NCBI GenBank assembly: GCA_046760145.1
Contig: JBHIDO010000002.1
Span: 1-58,086 of the forward strand
Source: Candidatus Aenigmatarchaeota archaeon
GTDB taxonomy: Archaea > Aenigmatarchaeota > Aenigmatarchaeia > Aenigmatarchaeales > Aenigmatarchaeaceae
Length of the DNA: 58,086 nt
Reading direction: 5' to 3'
Part shown: positions 7,521-20,423 of the stretch, piece after piece
How the letters are laid out: each line of letters starts with the position of its first letter
Numbering within the stretch: position 1 is the first letter of the stretch
Made by a program: the position numbers and the translations under genes
The notes under the pieces: generated by a model
Databases searched by the model: none
Told to the model about the DNA's origin: nothing
Seen by the model: only the letters and a program-made list of their open reading frames with translations

Positions 7521-10500
7521 ATGAGTTTATTAGAAGCATTTAAAAATGATGTTGGTTTTGTTAGATTTCAAATTGATAGTTTTAATGATTTTATTGATAA
7601 TAGATTACAAAAAATTATAGATGAAATTGAAGAGATAAAACCAGAGGTTCCTGAAATTGGAGAACTAGTAATAAAATTTGGAAAGGTTTCTGTTGGAAAG
7701 CCTTGTGTAAAAGAAGCAGAAGGAGCAATAAGAAATATTTTGCCTTTAGAAGCAAGATTAAGAGATTTATCATACACCGCTACAGTCTATGTAGAAGCTA
7801 CACCAATAGTTAACAAAGTTGAACAAGAACCTGTACAGGTTTTAATTGGCGAATTACCAATAATGATCAAATCTAAGATATGCCCTTTAAGTAAAATGTC
7901 AAGAGAAGAATTAGAAAGAGTTGGTGAAGATCCTGATGATCCAGGTGGATATTTCATAATAAATGGAACTGAACGTGTTCTGGTTCTAATAGAAGAAATT
8001 GCTCAAAACAGGATGATATTAAAAAAAATAAGTATTGGGAATTTTACAGAATTGATGAGGATAAATTCTGAACATAATGGTTATGTTCAAAGACATGTTA
8101 TTGAAAGGAAGAATGATGGTTCAATTTATATTTCCTTTGCAAATATTAGAAGATTACCAATTGTTGTTTTATTAAAATTACTAGGATTAGAAAAAGATAA
8201 AGATATAATTGAAAATTTAGGAGATGAACAAATAATAAATGAATTTTATGGAAATCTTTATGAAACTGATGTCCAAACTGCCAAAGAGGCATTAGATTTT
8301 ATTGGTAAACATCTGAAAATTGTTCAAAAAGAATATAGGAAAAAAAGAGTTGAACAAATAATTAATAAATATTTATTACCACATTTAGGACAATCACCTA
8401 AAAATCGAATAGACAAAGCAAATTATTTATTAAAAGCAATTAAAAAAATCATTCAATTATCATTAGATATAATTCCTGAAGATGATTTGGATCATTATGG
8501 TAACAAGAGAATAAAACTTGCTGGAGATTTATTGGAATTATTATTTAGGTCGATTCTTGTTGGAAGATGGGGATTGATTGCGAGAGTAAAATATAATTAT
8601 CAAAAAATGGCTAAAAGAGGAAAATTACCACCTATTCAAACAATTGTTGAGGCAAATGTTGTAACAAATCAACTAGCATCTGCAATGGCAACAGGAGCAT
8701 GGGTTGGAGGAAGAACAGGAGTTTCACAAAGACTAGAAAGAAAAAATTATGCTGATTCTCTTTCACATTTAAGATTAGTCTTATCACCATTAACTTCTAC
8801 TCAAGAGCATTTTGAAGCTAGAGAACTTCACTCAACACATTGGGGGAGGTTTTGTCCAGCAGAAACTCCAGAAGGTCCAACAATTGGATTGAGAAAACAT
8901 TTAGCATTATTTGCAGAAATAACAGATGGTATTTCAAAAACAGAAATGAAAAGATTAATTTCTAGTATTAAATTAGATAAAGAAGGTACAGACGTTTATT
9001 TAGATGGGGTACCAATTGGTTATACTTCTAATCCTGAAGATATTATTAAAACCCTTAAAGAAAAAAGAATGCAGGGAAAAATATCAAAAAAAATAAATTT
9101 TGTTTATTATCCTAAGTTAAATGAAATAAAAATTAATACAGATGCAGGAAGAGTTAGAAGACCTTTAGTTGTTATAGAAAATGGTAGACCGAAATTAACA
9201 GAAGAACACTTGAAAAAATTAAAAAACAAAGAAATTAGCTGGTATGATTTGGTAAATGAGGGTATTATAGAGTATTTAGATCCAGAAGAAGAAGACTCTG
9301 TATTAGTTGCATTAAATAAAGAAGATATAACATCATCTCATACTCATTTAGAATTAATGCCATTAGCTATTTTAGGGATTTCTGCTAGTTTGGTTGTATT
9401 TCCAGAACATAATAGAGGAGACAGAGTCAATTATGGAGCAAAAATGGTAGGGCAATCTATTGGAATGTATCAGAGTAACTTCTTTTTGAGAACAGATACA
9501 AAATCAAATATTTTGGTTTATCCACAAAAACCATTGGTTGTAACAGATACAATACCGGTTGTTGGTTTAAATCACCATCCAGCAGGACAAAATGTTGTAA
9601 TAGGGCTAATTAGTTATAAAGGATATAACATGGAAGATGCAGTTATTTTTAATAAGTCTTCAATAGAAAGAGGCTTATTTAGATCATTTTTCTATAGAAT
9701 ATATCCTGCTGAAGAAAAAAGATATTGGGGAGGTCAAGAGGATACAATTGGAATACCAAGTAAAGATGTTCGTGGTTATAGATCTGAAGAAGATTATGCA
9801 AACTTAGCAGAAGATGGCGTATTACCATTAGAAACTGCTGTTAAAAGTGATGATGTTTTAGTTGGAAGAATCTCTCCATTAAGATTTCTATCTGCGAATG
9901 AATTGATGTCAGGAATTGCAAACATGAGAGAAAGTTCTATTTTATTAAGACATGGAGAAACAGGGATCGTTGATAGGGTTTTCTTTACAGAAACAACTAA
10001 TGGTAACAAATTGATTAAAGTTGCAATAAGAGATTTAAGAATTCCAGAATTAGGAGATAAGTTTGCTTCAAGACATGGACAAAAATCTGTTATTGGTTTG
10101 ATTACAAATGAAGAAGATATGCCTTTCACGTCTCAAGGAATAATTCCAGATATTATTTTAAATCCACATTCTATTCCTTCAAGACAAACTATAGGACAGT
10201 TATTAGAAATGATAGCTGGAAAAACCGCAGCACTAAATGGAAAAGAAATTAATGCGTCTGGTTTTACCGGGTCAAATGAAAGTGAAATAAGAAAATTACT
10301 ACACGAATTAGGATTTAGAAGTGATGGAAAAGAAGTTATGTATAATGGAATAACAGGAGAAAAATTTGAAATAGAAATATTTATTGGGATGATGTATTAC
10401 CAGAAACTGGACCATATGGTTGCAAATAAATTGCAAGCAAGATCTAGAGGACCTGTCACATTATTAACCAGACAACCAACCGAAGGAAAAGCAAAAGAAG

Positions 10501-10775
10501 GTGGACTAAGATTAGGAGAAATGGAAAAAGACTGTTTAATTGCACATGGTGCAGTTTTAACATTAAAGGAAAGATTTGACTCTGATAAAGTTGTTGTTCC
10601 AATATGTAAGAAATGTGGTATGGTAGCTGTTTGGGATCGAACAAAGGATAAAAATGTTTGTCCTGTTTGTAAAGACTCTGATGTAATTAATACAGAAATG
10701 TCTTATGCTTTCAAATTATTATTAGATGAATTAAAATCAATGATGATTTATCCAAAGTTAAATGTAAGTGGTTAA
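7521..10775 (+). CDS. rpoB: DNA-directed RNA polymerase subunit B (unsplit Rpo2)
   Basis: 1084 aa; GDKFASRHGQKSV, PDIILNPHSIPSRQTIGQ, and the C-terminal zinc ribbon CKKCG...CPVC. Confidence 0.97.
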   Translation: MSLLEAFKNDVGFVRFQIDSFNDFIDNRLQKIIDEIEEIKPEVPEIGELVIKFGKVSVGKPCVKEAEGAIRNILPLEARLRDLSYTATVYVEATPIVNKVEQEPVQVLIGELPIMIKSKICPLSKMSREELERVGEDPDDPGGYFIINGTERVLVLIEEIAQNRMILKKISIGNFTELMRINSEHNGYVQRHVIERKNDGSIYISFANIRRLPIVVLLKLLGLEKDKDIIENLGDEQIINEFYGNLYETDVQTAKEALDFIGKHLKIVQKEYRKKRVEQIINKYLLPHLGQSPKNRIDKANYLLKAIKKIIQLSLDIIPEDDLDHYGNKRIKLAGDLLELLFRSILVGRWGLIARVKYNYQKMAKRGKLPPIQTIVEANVVTNQLASAMATGAWVGGRTGVSQRLERKNYADSLSHLRLVLSPLTSTQEHFEARELHSTHWGRFCPAETPEGPTIGLRKHLALFAEITDGISKTEMKRLISSIKLDKEGTDVYLDGVPIGYTSNPEDIIKTLKEKRMQGKISKKINFVYYPKLNEIKINTDAGRVRRPLVVIENGRPKLTEEHLKKLKNKEISWYDLVNEGIIEYLDPEEEDSVLVALNKEDITSSHTHLELMPLAILGISASLVVFPEHNRGDRVNYGAKMVGQSIGMYQSNFFLRTDTKSNILVYPQKPLVVTDTIPVVGLNHHPAGQNVVIGLISYKGYNMEDAVIFNKSSIERGLFRSFFYRIYPAEEKRYWGGQEDTIGIPSKDVRGYRSEEDYANLAEDGVLPLETAVKSDDVLVGRISPLRFLSANELMSGIANMRESSILLRHGETGIVDRVFFTETTNGNKLIKVAIRDLRIPELGDKFASRHGQKSVIGLITNEEDMPFTSQGIIPDIILNPHSIPSRQTIGQLLEMIAGKTAALNGKEINASGFTGSNESEIRKLLHELGFRSDGKEVMYNGITGEKFEIEIFIGMMYYQKLDHMVANKLQARSRGPVTLLTRQPTEGKAKEGGLRLGEMEKDCLIAHGAVLTLKERFDSDKVVVPICKKCGMVAVWDRTKDKNVCPVCKDSDVINTEMSYAFKLLLDELKSMMIYPKLNVSG

Positions 10776-10776
10776 G

Positions 10777-10946
10777 ATGATACCAAAAGATATCAAGAAA
10801 AATATTGAAAATATGGCAAGAACAGGAGAATTATTTCCCAATGAGATACAGATAGAACTTGGAAGTGGTAGAGTAGCTATCATGGAAAAAAGAGAAATAA
10901 GAAATTATGGAGATAGTGTTTTCATATACGAAAGGCGTGATAAATT

Positions 10947-10950
<4 letters not shown>
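10777..10950 (+). CDS. Hypothetical 57-aa protein wedged between rpoB and rpoA1
   Basis: The ATG is 2 nt after the rpoB stop (an in-frame GTG at 10768 overlaps rpoB). Its stop overlaps the rpoA1 ATG (ATGA). No recognised family. Confidence 0.45.
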
Positions 10951-14550
<3,600 letters not shown>

Positions 14551-14554
14551 TAAT

Positions 14555-14824
14555 GTGACATTAGAAGAATTAAAAGATGCATTAACCAAAAATAATGTTA
14601 TTATCGGTAGTAAGAGAACAATTAAATATTTAAAAACAAAGAATGTAAAATTAGTTATGATTGCTAGTAATTGTCCTGAAAATATTAAGAATGATATTAA
14701 TCATTACTCAAAAATTTCTAAAATAAAAGTAGAAAAATTTGATGGTACAGCAAAACAATTAGGAATATTTTGTGGTAAACCATTTCCAATAGCAACTCTA
14801 GCAATAAAGAGTGAAGTAAAATGA
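14555..14824 (+). CDS. rpl30e: 50S ribosomal protein L30e
   Basis: VIIGSKRTIKYLKTKNVKLVMIASNCP and the conserved position after rpoA2; GTG start. Confidence 0.85.
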   Translation: MTLEELKDALTKNNVIIGSKRTIKYLKTKNVKLVMIASNCPENIKNDINHYSKISKIKVEKFDGTAKQLGIFCGKPFPIATLAIKSEVK

Positions 14825-15219
14825 GAGACTTTGATACAGATACAATAAGAGTTATAACTGCTTTTGAAAATATAACTGGAACTGAAGTTAGAGATTGTAT
14901 TATTTATGATACTATTTATTTCTTAGTTAACCCTGGAAAGGTTGCAATTGCAATTGGAAAAAATGGACAAACTATTAGAACTGCAGAAAAAATGTTAAAA
15001 AAACCTATAAAAATTTTTGAATGGTCTGAAAATGATTTGGAATTTATAAAGAATATGATTCCCCAATCTCAAAAAATAGAAATTAATGATGATAATGCAA
15101 TTGTTTCTTTAGATTCCAAAGACAGAGGTGCTGTTATTGGAAGAGAAGGAAGTAACATAAACGTTATCAGAGAATTCTTATTAAGAAATTCAAATATAAA
15201 AAAATTGAAAATAATCTAA
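14821..15219 (+). CDS. nusA: NusA-like KH-domain transcription termination/antitermination factor
   Basis: Two KH GxxG motifs (GKNGQTIRTAEKML, GREGSNINVIREFL) and the conserved position after L30e. Confidence 0.8.
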   Translation: MRDFDTDTIRVITAFENITGTEVRDCIIYDTIYFLVNPGKVAIAIGKNGQTIRTAEKMLKKPIKIFEWSENDLEFIKNMIPQSQKIEINDDNAIVSLDSKDRGAVIGREGSNINVIREFLLRNSNIKKLKII

Positions 15220-15220
15220 T

Positions 15221-16357
15221 TCATAAGAATGGACCAACAAAATCATAAATTAAGATTAATAAAATAACATAAGTTATTGCTTTAACAATTGCTTTTGATC
15301 TTTTCTTGAAAAATCTATCTGTTAGAGCCTGTATTATTAATCCTCCATCTAAAGGATAAATTGGTAATATATTGATTATTCCAACTGCTAATGAAAACAA
15401 AGATATCATTGTTAACAGTGGAATTAGAATTCCTATAAAAAAGGCTGTATTTACTTTAAAAACAGGAGAATAGGTTATACCCATATAAGTTGTATTAGTT
15501 TCTTCATCAAATGCTAAAGCTATGTTATAATTGTTTCCATTTGACTTTACTGTTATAGTTTCATTGGGTTGTACATAACCTATTTCTTCATAAAAATACC
15601 CTCTACCAGCTAAATATTCATTATAACTGGTTGTTATAGGAATCCCATTAATTTCTGTTAATATCATTCCTCCCTTTAATCCAGCTATTTCAGCAGGACT
15701 AGAAGAATTAACGCTTATTAATTGGATTCCTGGGCTAACAGCCATTGGCCAAATTACATATAATGTTAAAAGAAAGACAACAAATGAAACTAGGAAATTT
15801 GCAAATGAACCAGCAGAAAATATCCTTAGTTTTGTTAAGGTTTTTGCCTTTTTTATTTGTTTTTCTTGAGGTTCAACAAATGCACCTGGAAATATTGCTA
15901 AAAGTAATAGACCAACTGATTTTAACTTTATTTTCTCTGCTCTTGCAATAATTCCATGAGATAATTCATGTGGAACTAGTATACAAAAGATTGTAATTAT
16001 CCAGAACCAAAACGGAATTAAAATATAACCTGGTCCTGTAGAGCCCGTAGCACTTGGGGTTGGTAAAATAAATTGTAATGCTGGCTCTTTGATAACTCCT
16101 ACTGATATATTGTAACTTAAAACTGATAAAAGATATAATCCCTGTAACATATAATAGAAACAAACTATTATTCCTATAGTTGAAACAATTTTCCAGAATA
16201 AAGGTGATTTTTGAGCCATTTTATCTATAAATTTTCTAAACTTTTTAGTTCTACGCATTAAAAGAATGTATTTGAATTCAATATTTTTTCTATCCTTATA
16301 TATCAAAATGCCAAGTATAATAAAAAACGCAATTATTGATAATGTATAAACATCCAT
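15221..16357 (-). CDS. Site-2 protease family (M50) membrane metalloprotease with PDZ domain
   Basis: HELSHG zinc motif, a central PDZ-like segment (PAEIAGLKGGMILTEINGIPI), and the distal LPIYPLDGG motif. Confidence 0.85.
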   Translation of the reverse strand: MDVYTLSIIAFFIILGILIYKDRKNIEFKYILLMRRTKKFRKFIDKMAQKSPLFWKIVSTIGIIVCFYYMLQGLYLLSVLSYNISVGVIKEPALQFILPTPSATGSTGPGYILIPFWFWIITIFCILVPHELSHGIIARAEKIKLKSVGLLLLAIFPGAFVEPQEKQIKKAKTLTKLRIFSAGSFANFLVSFVVFLLTLYVIWPMAVSPGIQLISVNSSSPAEIAGLKGGMILTEINGIPITTSYNEYLAGRGYFYEEIGYVQPNETITVKSNGNNYNIALAFDEETNTTYMGITYSPVFKVNTAFFIGILIPLLTMISLFSLAVGIINILPIYPLDGGLIIQALTDRFFKKRSKAIVKAITYVILLILIYDFVGPFL

Positions 16358-16411
16358 AAGCTCTTTTTGTATGGCTATAATTTAAATATTTAGGTAATAC
16401 TAAGTGATAGT

Positions 16412-17977
16412 ATGGAGGTACATTGGGCAGATAAAACTGCTAAAGAGTTGGAAAAAGAAAAGCAACCCATTCATCTAAGTGCTGGATTATCTATGAGAGG
16501 ATTACAACACATAGGAAGACTAAGAGGAGAATTAATAGTAGATGATGTAATAAAAAGAATTTTAGAGAAAAAGAAAATAAAAACAATTCAATATTTAATT
16601 CAATATGATCATGATCCGCAAAAAGAAAAACCATTAAAAATAGTTTTAAAAGATCCTAAATTAGTTAAAAAATATACTGGTATGAGATTAAATGATATCC
16701 CTTGTCCTGACAAATGTTGCTCTAGTTGGAATGAACATTTTTGGAAAGATTTTGGAAATTATTTGAAAGATTTTGGACTGAAACCTAAGATAGTAAAAAC
16801 ATCTGAAATTTATAAGAAAAAAGAGTTTAAAGAAATAATTAAAAAATGTTTAACTGGAAGAGAAAAATTAAGATTATTAGTAAATAAGTACAGGAAAAGA
16901 AATCCTTATCCTAAAGGTTGGATCCCTTATAATCCAATTTGTAACAAATGTAAAAAAATAACAGATGCTGAACCTATCTCATTTGATTTGGAAAAATTTA
17001 CAATTAAGTATAAATGTAAATGTGGAAATATGGGAGAATCTTCTTTAACAGAAGGGAAGTTGAATTGGCGTATTGAGTGGGCAGCTTTATGGAAATTTTT
17101 ACATATTGAATTTGAACCATATGGAAAAGATCATGCAGCTGCTGGTGGAAGTAGGGAAAGTTGCTCTTATATTGCAAAAAATTTCTTTAACATAGAACCT
17201 CCAAAAGGTTTTCCGTATGAATGGGTAGCATTATCTAAAGGTGGAAAAGAAATAGGTGAAATGACTGCTTCTGGTTTTATAGGTATTTCACCAAAAGAAT
17301 GGTTAGAAATTGGTGAACCAGAAGTTTTAAGATATTGGTTCATAAAATCAAAGCCAATGAAAAGATTAGTATTAGATTTGACTAATATTCATGTTCTGTT
17401 TGATGAGTACGATGAAGGAGAATTGGTTTATTTTGGAGAGAAAAAAATAGAAAATGAAACTGATAGAGAACATATTAAAAGAAGCTATGAATTATCTCAG
17501 ATAAAAATACCAAAAAGATCATTAGTGATTCCATATAATTTTGCTGCAATAGTTTCTCAACTCATGAATCTAGATAGTGCAATAAAATTGTTTAGGACAA
17601 CTGGTCATATAAAGGGAAAAATAAGCAAAGATGAAGAAAAGAGAATTGAAAAAAGACTAAAATCAGCAAAGAATTGGGTAGAAAAATATGCTCCTGAATT
17701 TAAAATAAAATTAATTGAGAAACCTGACTCTAGTAAATTAAATGAAAAACAAAAAAAAGCATTGAAAGATTTATCAAAAGAATTAAAAAAGAAATTAAGT
17801 GAAAAGGAACTTTACACAAAATTTTTTGAAATAGCTAGAAATAATGATTTAGAATCCAAAATATTTTTCAGAGGAGCATATCTAATTTTATTAGGAAAAC
17901 CATTCGGACCAAGATTGGCTCCACTTATTCTATCAATAGGAAAAGAAAGGGTTAAAAAAATATTTGAAAGTATTTAA
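16412..17977 (+). CDS. lysS: Lysine--tRNA ligase, class I
   Basis: N-terminal HWAD, an HIGH-like LQHIGRLRGE, GKDHAAAGGS, and 521 aa, typical of archaeal class I LysRS. Confidence 0.8.
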   Translation: MEVHWADKTAKELEKEKQPIHLSAGLSMRGLQHIGRLRGELIVDDVIKRILEKKKIKTIQYLIQYDHDPQKEKPLKIVLKDPKLVKKYTGMRLNDIPCPDKCCSSWNEHFWKDFGNYLKDFGLKPKIVKTSEIYKKKEFKEIIKKCLTGREKLRLLVNKYRKRNPYPKGWIPYNPICNKCKKITDAEPISFDLEKFTIKYKCKCGNMGESSLTEGKLNWRIEWAALWKFLHIEFEPYGKDHAAAGGSRESCSYIAKNFFNIEPPKGFPYEWVALSKGGKEIGEMTASGFIGISPKEWLEIGEPEVLRYWFIKSKPMKRLVLDLTNIHVLFDEYDEGELVYFGEKKIENETDREHIKRSYELSQIKIPKRSLVIPYNFAAIVSQLMNLDSAIKLFRTTGHIKGKISKDEEKRIEKRLKSAKNWVEKYAPEFKIKLIEKPDSSKLNEKQKKALKDLSKELKKKLSEKELYTKFFEIARNNDLESKIFFRGAYLILLGKPFGPRLAPLILSIGKERVKKIFESI

Positions 17978-18678
17978 TGCCCGAATCTTCTTTTCCTTTC
18001 TTGAAATTCCTTAATACAATTTTTAAAATCTTCTTTTTCAAATTCTGGCCACATCTTATCTACAAATACCAATTCAGAGTATGCAGATTGCCATAACAAG
18101 AAATTACTTAATCTCTTTTCACCACCAGTTCTTATTATCAAATCAGGATAAGGTGTACCATCTGTGTATAAAGAATTTTTAACTAAATCTTCATTAATAT
18201 CCTTAATATCAATTATTCCTTTAGAAACCTTTTTTGCAATATCAATTATTGCATCTGTTATTTCTTCTTGTCCCCCATATGCAACTGCTATATTTAAAAA
18301 ATATTTATCATAATTCTCTGTTGCTTTTTCTGCTTTTCTAATTGCATCTTGAACATCCTTAGGTAGCCTATGAATTCTTCCAATTGCCTTAACTCTAATT
18401 TTATATTTGTGAACATCATGTTCTGGATCTAATATTTCTAATGCTTCTTTTTTGAATAGTTTCATAAGAAAATCAAATTCTTTTTTTGGTCTTGAAAAAT
18501 TTTGAATAGAAAATGAATATAATGTAACATACTTAACTCCGCATTCTTTGCACCATTCTAAGACTTTTCTAACCTTTTTAACCCCCCATTCATGACCTTT
18601 CCATGGTTGCTTCATTAAACGCTTTGCAAACCTTCTATTTCCGTCCAGAATAATTCCAATATGCTTAGGAACCTTCAT
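17974..18678 (-). CDS. uppS: cis-prenyltransferase (undecaprenyl diphosphate synthase family)
   Basis: HIGIILDGNRRFA, RTGGEKRLSNFLLWQSAYSELVF. Confidence 0.9.
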   Translation of the reverse strand: MKVPKHIGIILDGNRRFAKRLMKQPWKGHEWGVKKVRKVLEWCKECGVKYVTLYSFSIQNFSRPKKEFDFLMKLFKKEALEILDPEHDVHKYKIRVKAIGRIHRLPKDVQDAIRKAEKATENYDKYFLNIAVAYGGQEEITDAIIDIAKKVSKGIIDIKDINEDLVKNSLYTDGTPYPDLIIRTGGEKRLSNFLLWQSAYSELVFVDKMWPEFEKEDFKNCIKEFQERKRRFGH

Positions 18679-18924
18679 TTAACCACTTTAAAAGTTTATA
18701 ATAAAATTGATATTTAAATATTTTTCTAAGTATGGTAAGTGGATTCTATAAGATTTTCTGAATATATTCTTCAATCCAATGCCCTAAATAAGAAATTAAG
18801 TTCAAGTATATCGAAAATATATGTACCATACTACTTTATATACCTATTAACATTACTTTAAGCAGTATACAGATGATTATGTTATAATAATCAAATGTAT
18901 AACTAATAATAAGGTGAAAAAATA

Positions 18925-19092
18925 ATGAGACATAACGAAAGGTCTGGAAGATTCAGAAGAAACTTTGGACCTAGAAAGATGCATAAAGCGGTATGTTCTG
19001 AGTGTGGAAAGGAATGTGAAGTTCCTTTCAAACCAACAGAGGGCAAGCCTGTCTTTTGTAAAGAGTGTTTTGCTAAAAGAAGAAGATTTTAG
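18925..19092 (+). CDS. 55-aa zinc-ribbon protein (CxxC...CxxC), basic termini
   Basis: MRHNERSGRFRRNFGPRKMHKAVCSECGKECEVPFKPTEGKPVFCKECFAKRRRF; GGTGA SD 8-12 nt upstream. Absent from the ORF track because it is under 60 aa. Confidence 0.6.
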   Translation: MRHNERSGRFRRNFGPRKMHKAVCSECGKECEVPFKPTEGKPVFCKECFAKRRRF

Positions 19093-19146
19093 TAAATTCT
19101 AAGAAATTAGATTACTATGCTTAGTGTGAACTATAATCTATAAAAG

Positions 19147-19232
19147 TGCGGGGAGTGAGATTTGAACTCACGAAGCCACTAAGGCACAAGGCCCTCAACC
19201 TTGCACGTTTGACCAGACTCCGCCATCCCCGC
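19147..19232 (-). tRNA. tRNA-Leu(GAG), class II, no intron, no encoded CCA
   Basis: GCGGGGA TG GCGG AGTCTGGTCAAA CGT G CAAGG TTGAGGG CCTTG, then a long variable arm, GTGAG TTCAAAT CTCAC TCCCCGC A. Confidence 0.9.
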
Positions 19233-19636
19233 TATTTTATTTTTTCTTTAGAAAGTTTAATAGCTTTCTTAATATCACTAAATGTTTTAAAACTATTTAA
19301 TTTATTTAAAGGTAACCATAAAAATTCACTGTGGTCTGATAATTTTATATTTTCCTTTCCAATCAGTCTAACAAGATAATTTATTTGAATCGCATGTCTG
19401 TTTTCTTTTTCCACAAAGAAATGATGAATATTAACTGGCCTTATTATTTTAATATTCAGATTTGTTTCTTCTTTAAATTCTCGTATCAATGCTTTATTTG
19501 GATCTTCTTTAAATTTTACCTTTCCACTAGGTAGTTCCCATTCACCAGGATAAATTTCTTCATCATCTTTTCTTTTCAATAATAGGACTTTATCATTTTT
19601 TATCAAAACTCCAGCAACAACTATACTTTGAATCAT
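19232..19636 (-). CDS. NUDIX hydrolase
   Basis: Nudix box GEWELPSGKVKFKEDPNKALIREFKEETNL. The last base of its TAG stop is G1 of tRNA-Leu. Confidence 0.85.
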   Translation of the reverse strand: MIQSIVVAGVLIKNDKVLLLKRKDDEEIYPGEWELPSGKVKFKEDPNKALIREFKEETNLNIKIIRPVNIHHFFVEKENRHAIQINYLVRLIGKENIKLSDHSEFLWLPLNKLNSFKTFSDIKKAIKLSKEKIK

Positions 19637-19660
19637 AAAATAGAATATATAATTGAAATA

Positions 19661-19936
19661 TTAAAGTTTTTTCAAATGTTCTGGTTTTGCAATTATTTTC
19701 TTTAACTTATTCCCGTCTTTTATTTGAACTATATAAGCTCTTCCTCTTTTTCCAATAACTTCTCCAGTTAAACCATAAAATCTTCTAAATGGCATTTTTT
19801 GAACTCCTGATTCTATTTTTATTGCTACCTTATCTCCTTTAGAGAATTTTTTCATAAATTGATTTACAGTCATTCTTTTTGTTTTTCTGAACTTTTCTCT
19901 TGTTCTTCTTCTTGCTCCATGCGATTTTACAACCAT
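19661..19936 (-). CDS. rpl21e: 50S ribosomal protein L21e
   Basis: KSHGARRRTREKFRK... and an SH3-like core GDKVAIKIE. Confidence 0.9.
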   Translation of the reverse strand: MVVKSHGARRRTREKFRKTKRMTVNQFMKKFSKGDKVAIKIESGVQKMPFRRFYGLTGEVIGKRGRAYIVQIKDGNKLKKIIAKPEHLKKL

Positions 19937-19937
19937 A

Positions 19938-20405
19938 TTAATCCTTTTCCTTATCTGGATTTAAGAAAACTAATTCTATTCCTGCTTCTTTTAAAAATTG
20001 TCTTGATAATTCTGCATCATGATAAGGCCTTGCACAAACCACTCTTTTTATTCCTGCATTTATTATCATCTTTGCACAAATAAGACATGGCTCATCTGTT
20101 GTATAGAGGGTTGCACCTTCTGTTGATGCTCCGTGCATTGCTGCCTGTACAATTGCATTTTGTTCTGCATGTGCAGTTCTCCAACAATGTTCTTTAATTT
20201 TTCCCGTATGATCTGTTGATTTTACCATTAAACAACCAACATCATGACAATGTGGTAAACCCTTTGGAGCACCAGAGTATCCTGTTGAAATAATACGTTT
20301 GTCTCTTACAATAATAGATCCTACATTTAATCTTGGACAAGTTCCTCTTTTAGAAACTTCTTTGGCTATACTTAAAAAATATTCATCCCAACTTGGTCTC
20401 TCCAT
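19938..20405 (-). CDS. dCMP deaminase (cytidine/deoxycytidylate deaminase family)
   Basis: HAEQNAI and PCLICAKMI zinc-binding motifs. Confidence 0.85.
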   Translation of the reverse strand: MERPSWDEYFLSIAKEVSKRGTCPRLNVGSIIVRDKRIISTGYSGAPKGLPHCHDVGCLMVKSTDHTGKIKEHCWRTAHAEQNAIVQAAMHGASTEGATLYTTDEPCLICAKMIINAGIKRVVCARPYHDAELSRQFLKEAGIELVFLNPDKEKD

Positions 20406-20423
20406 AAAATCCCTTATAAATAA

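Noticed and set aside
18729-18832. A 9-bp inverted repeat (AGTATGGTA / TACCATACT) enclosing about 86 nt in the uppS / zinc-ribbon spacer, a possible structured ncRNA.
   Set aside because: My rough estimate is that about one such 9-bp match is expected by chance in an AT-rich 250-nt spacer. There is no GC-rich core or other RNA-gene hallmark.
19146-19379. A 77-aa plus-strand ORF (MRGVRFELTKPLRHKALNLARL...).
   Set aside because: Its first 87 nt are the reverse complement of tRNA-Leu(GAG). The rest is antisense to the NUDIX gene.
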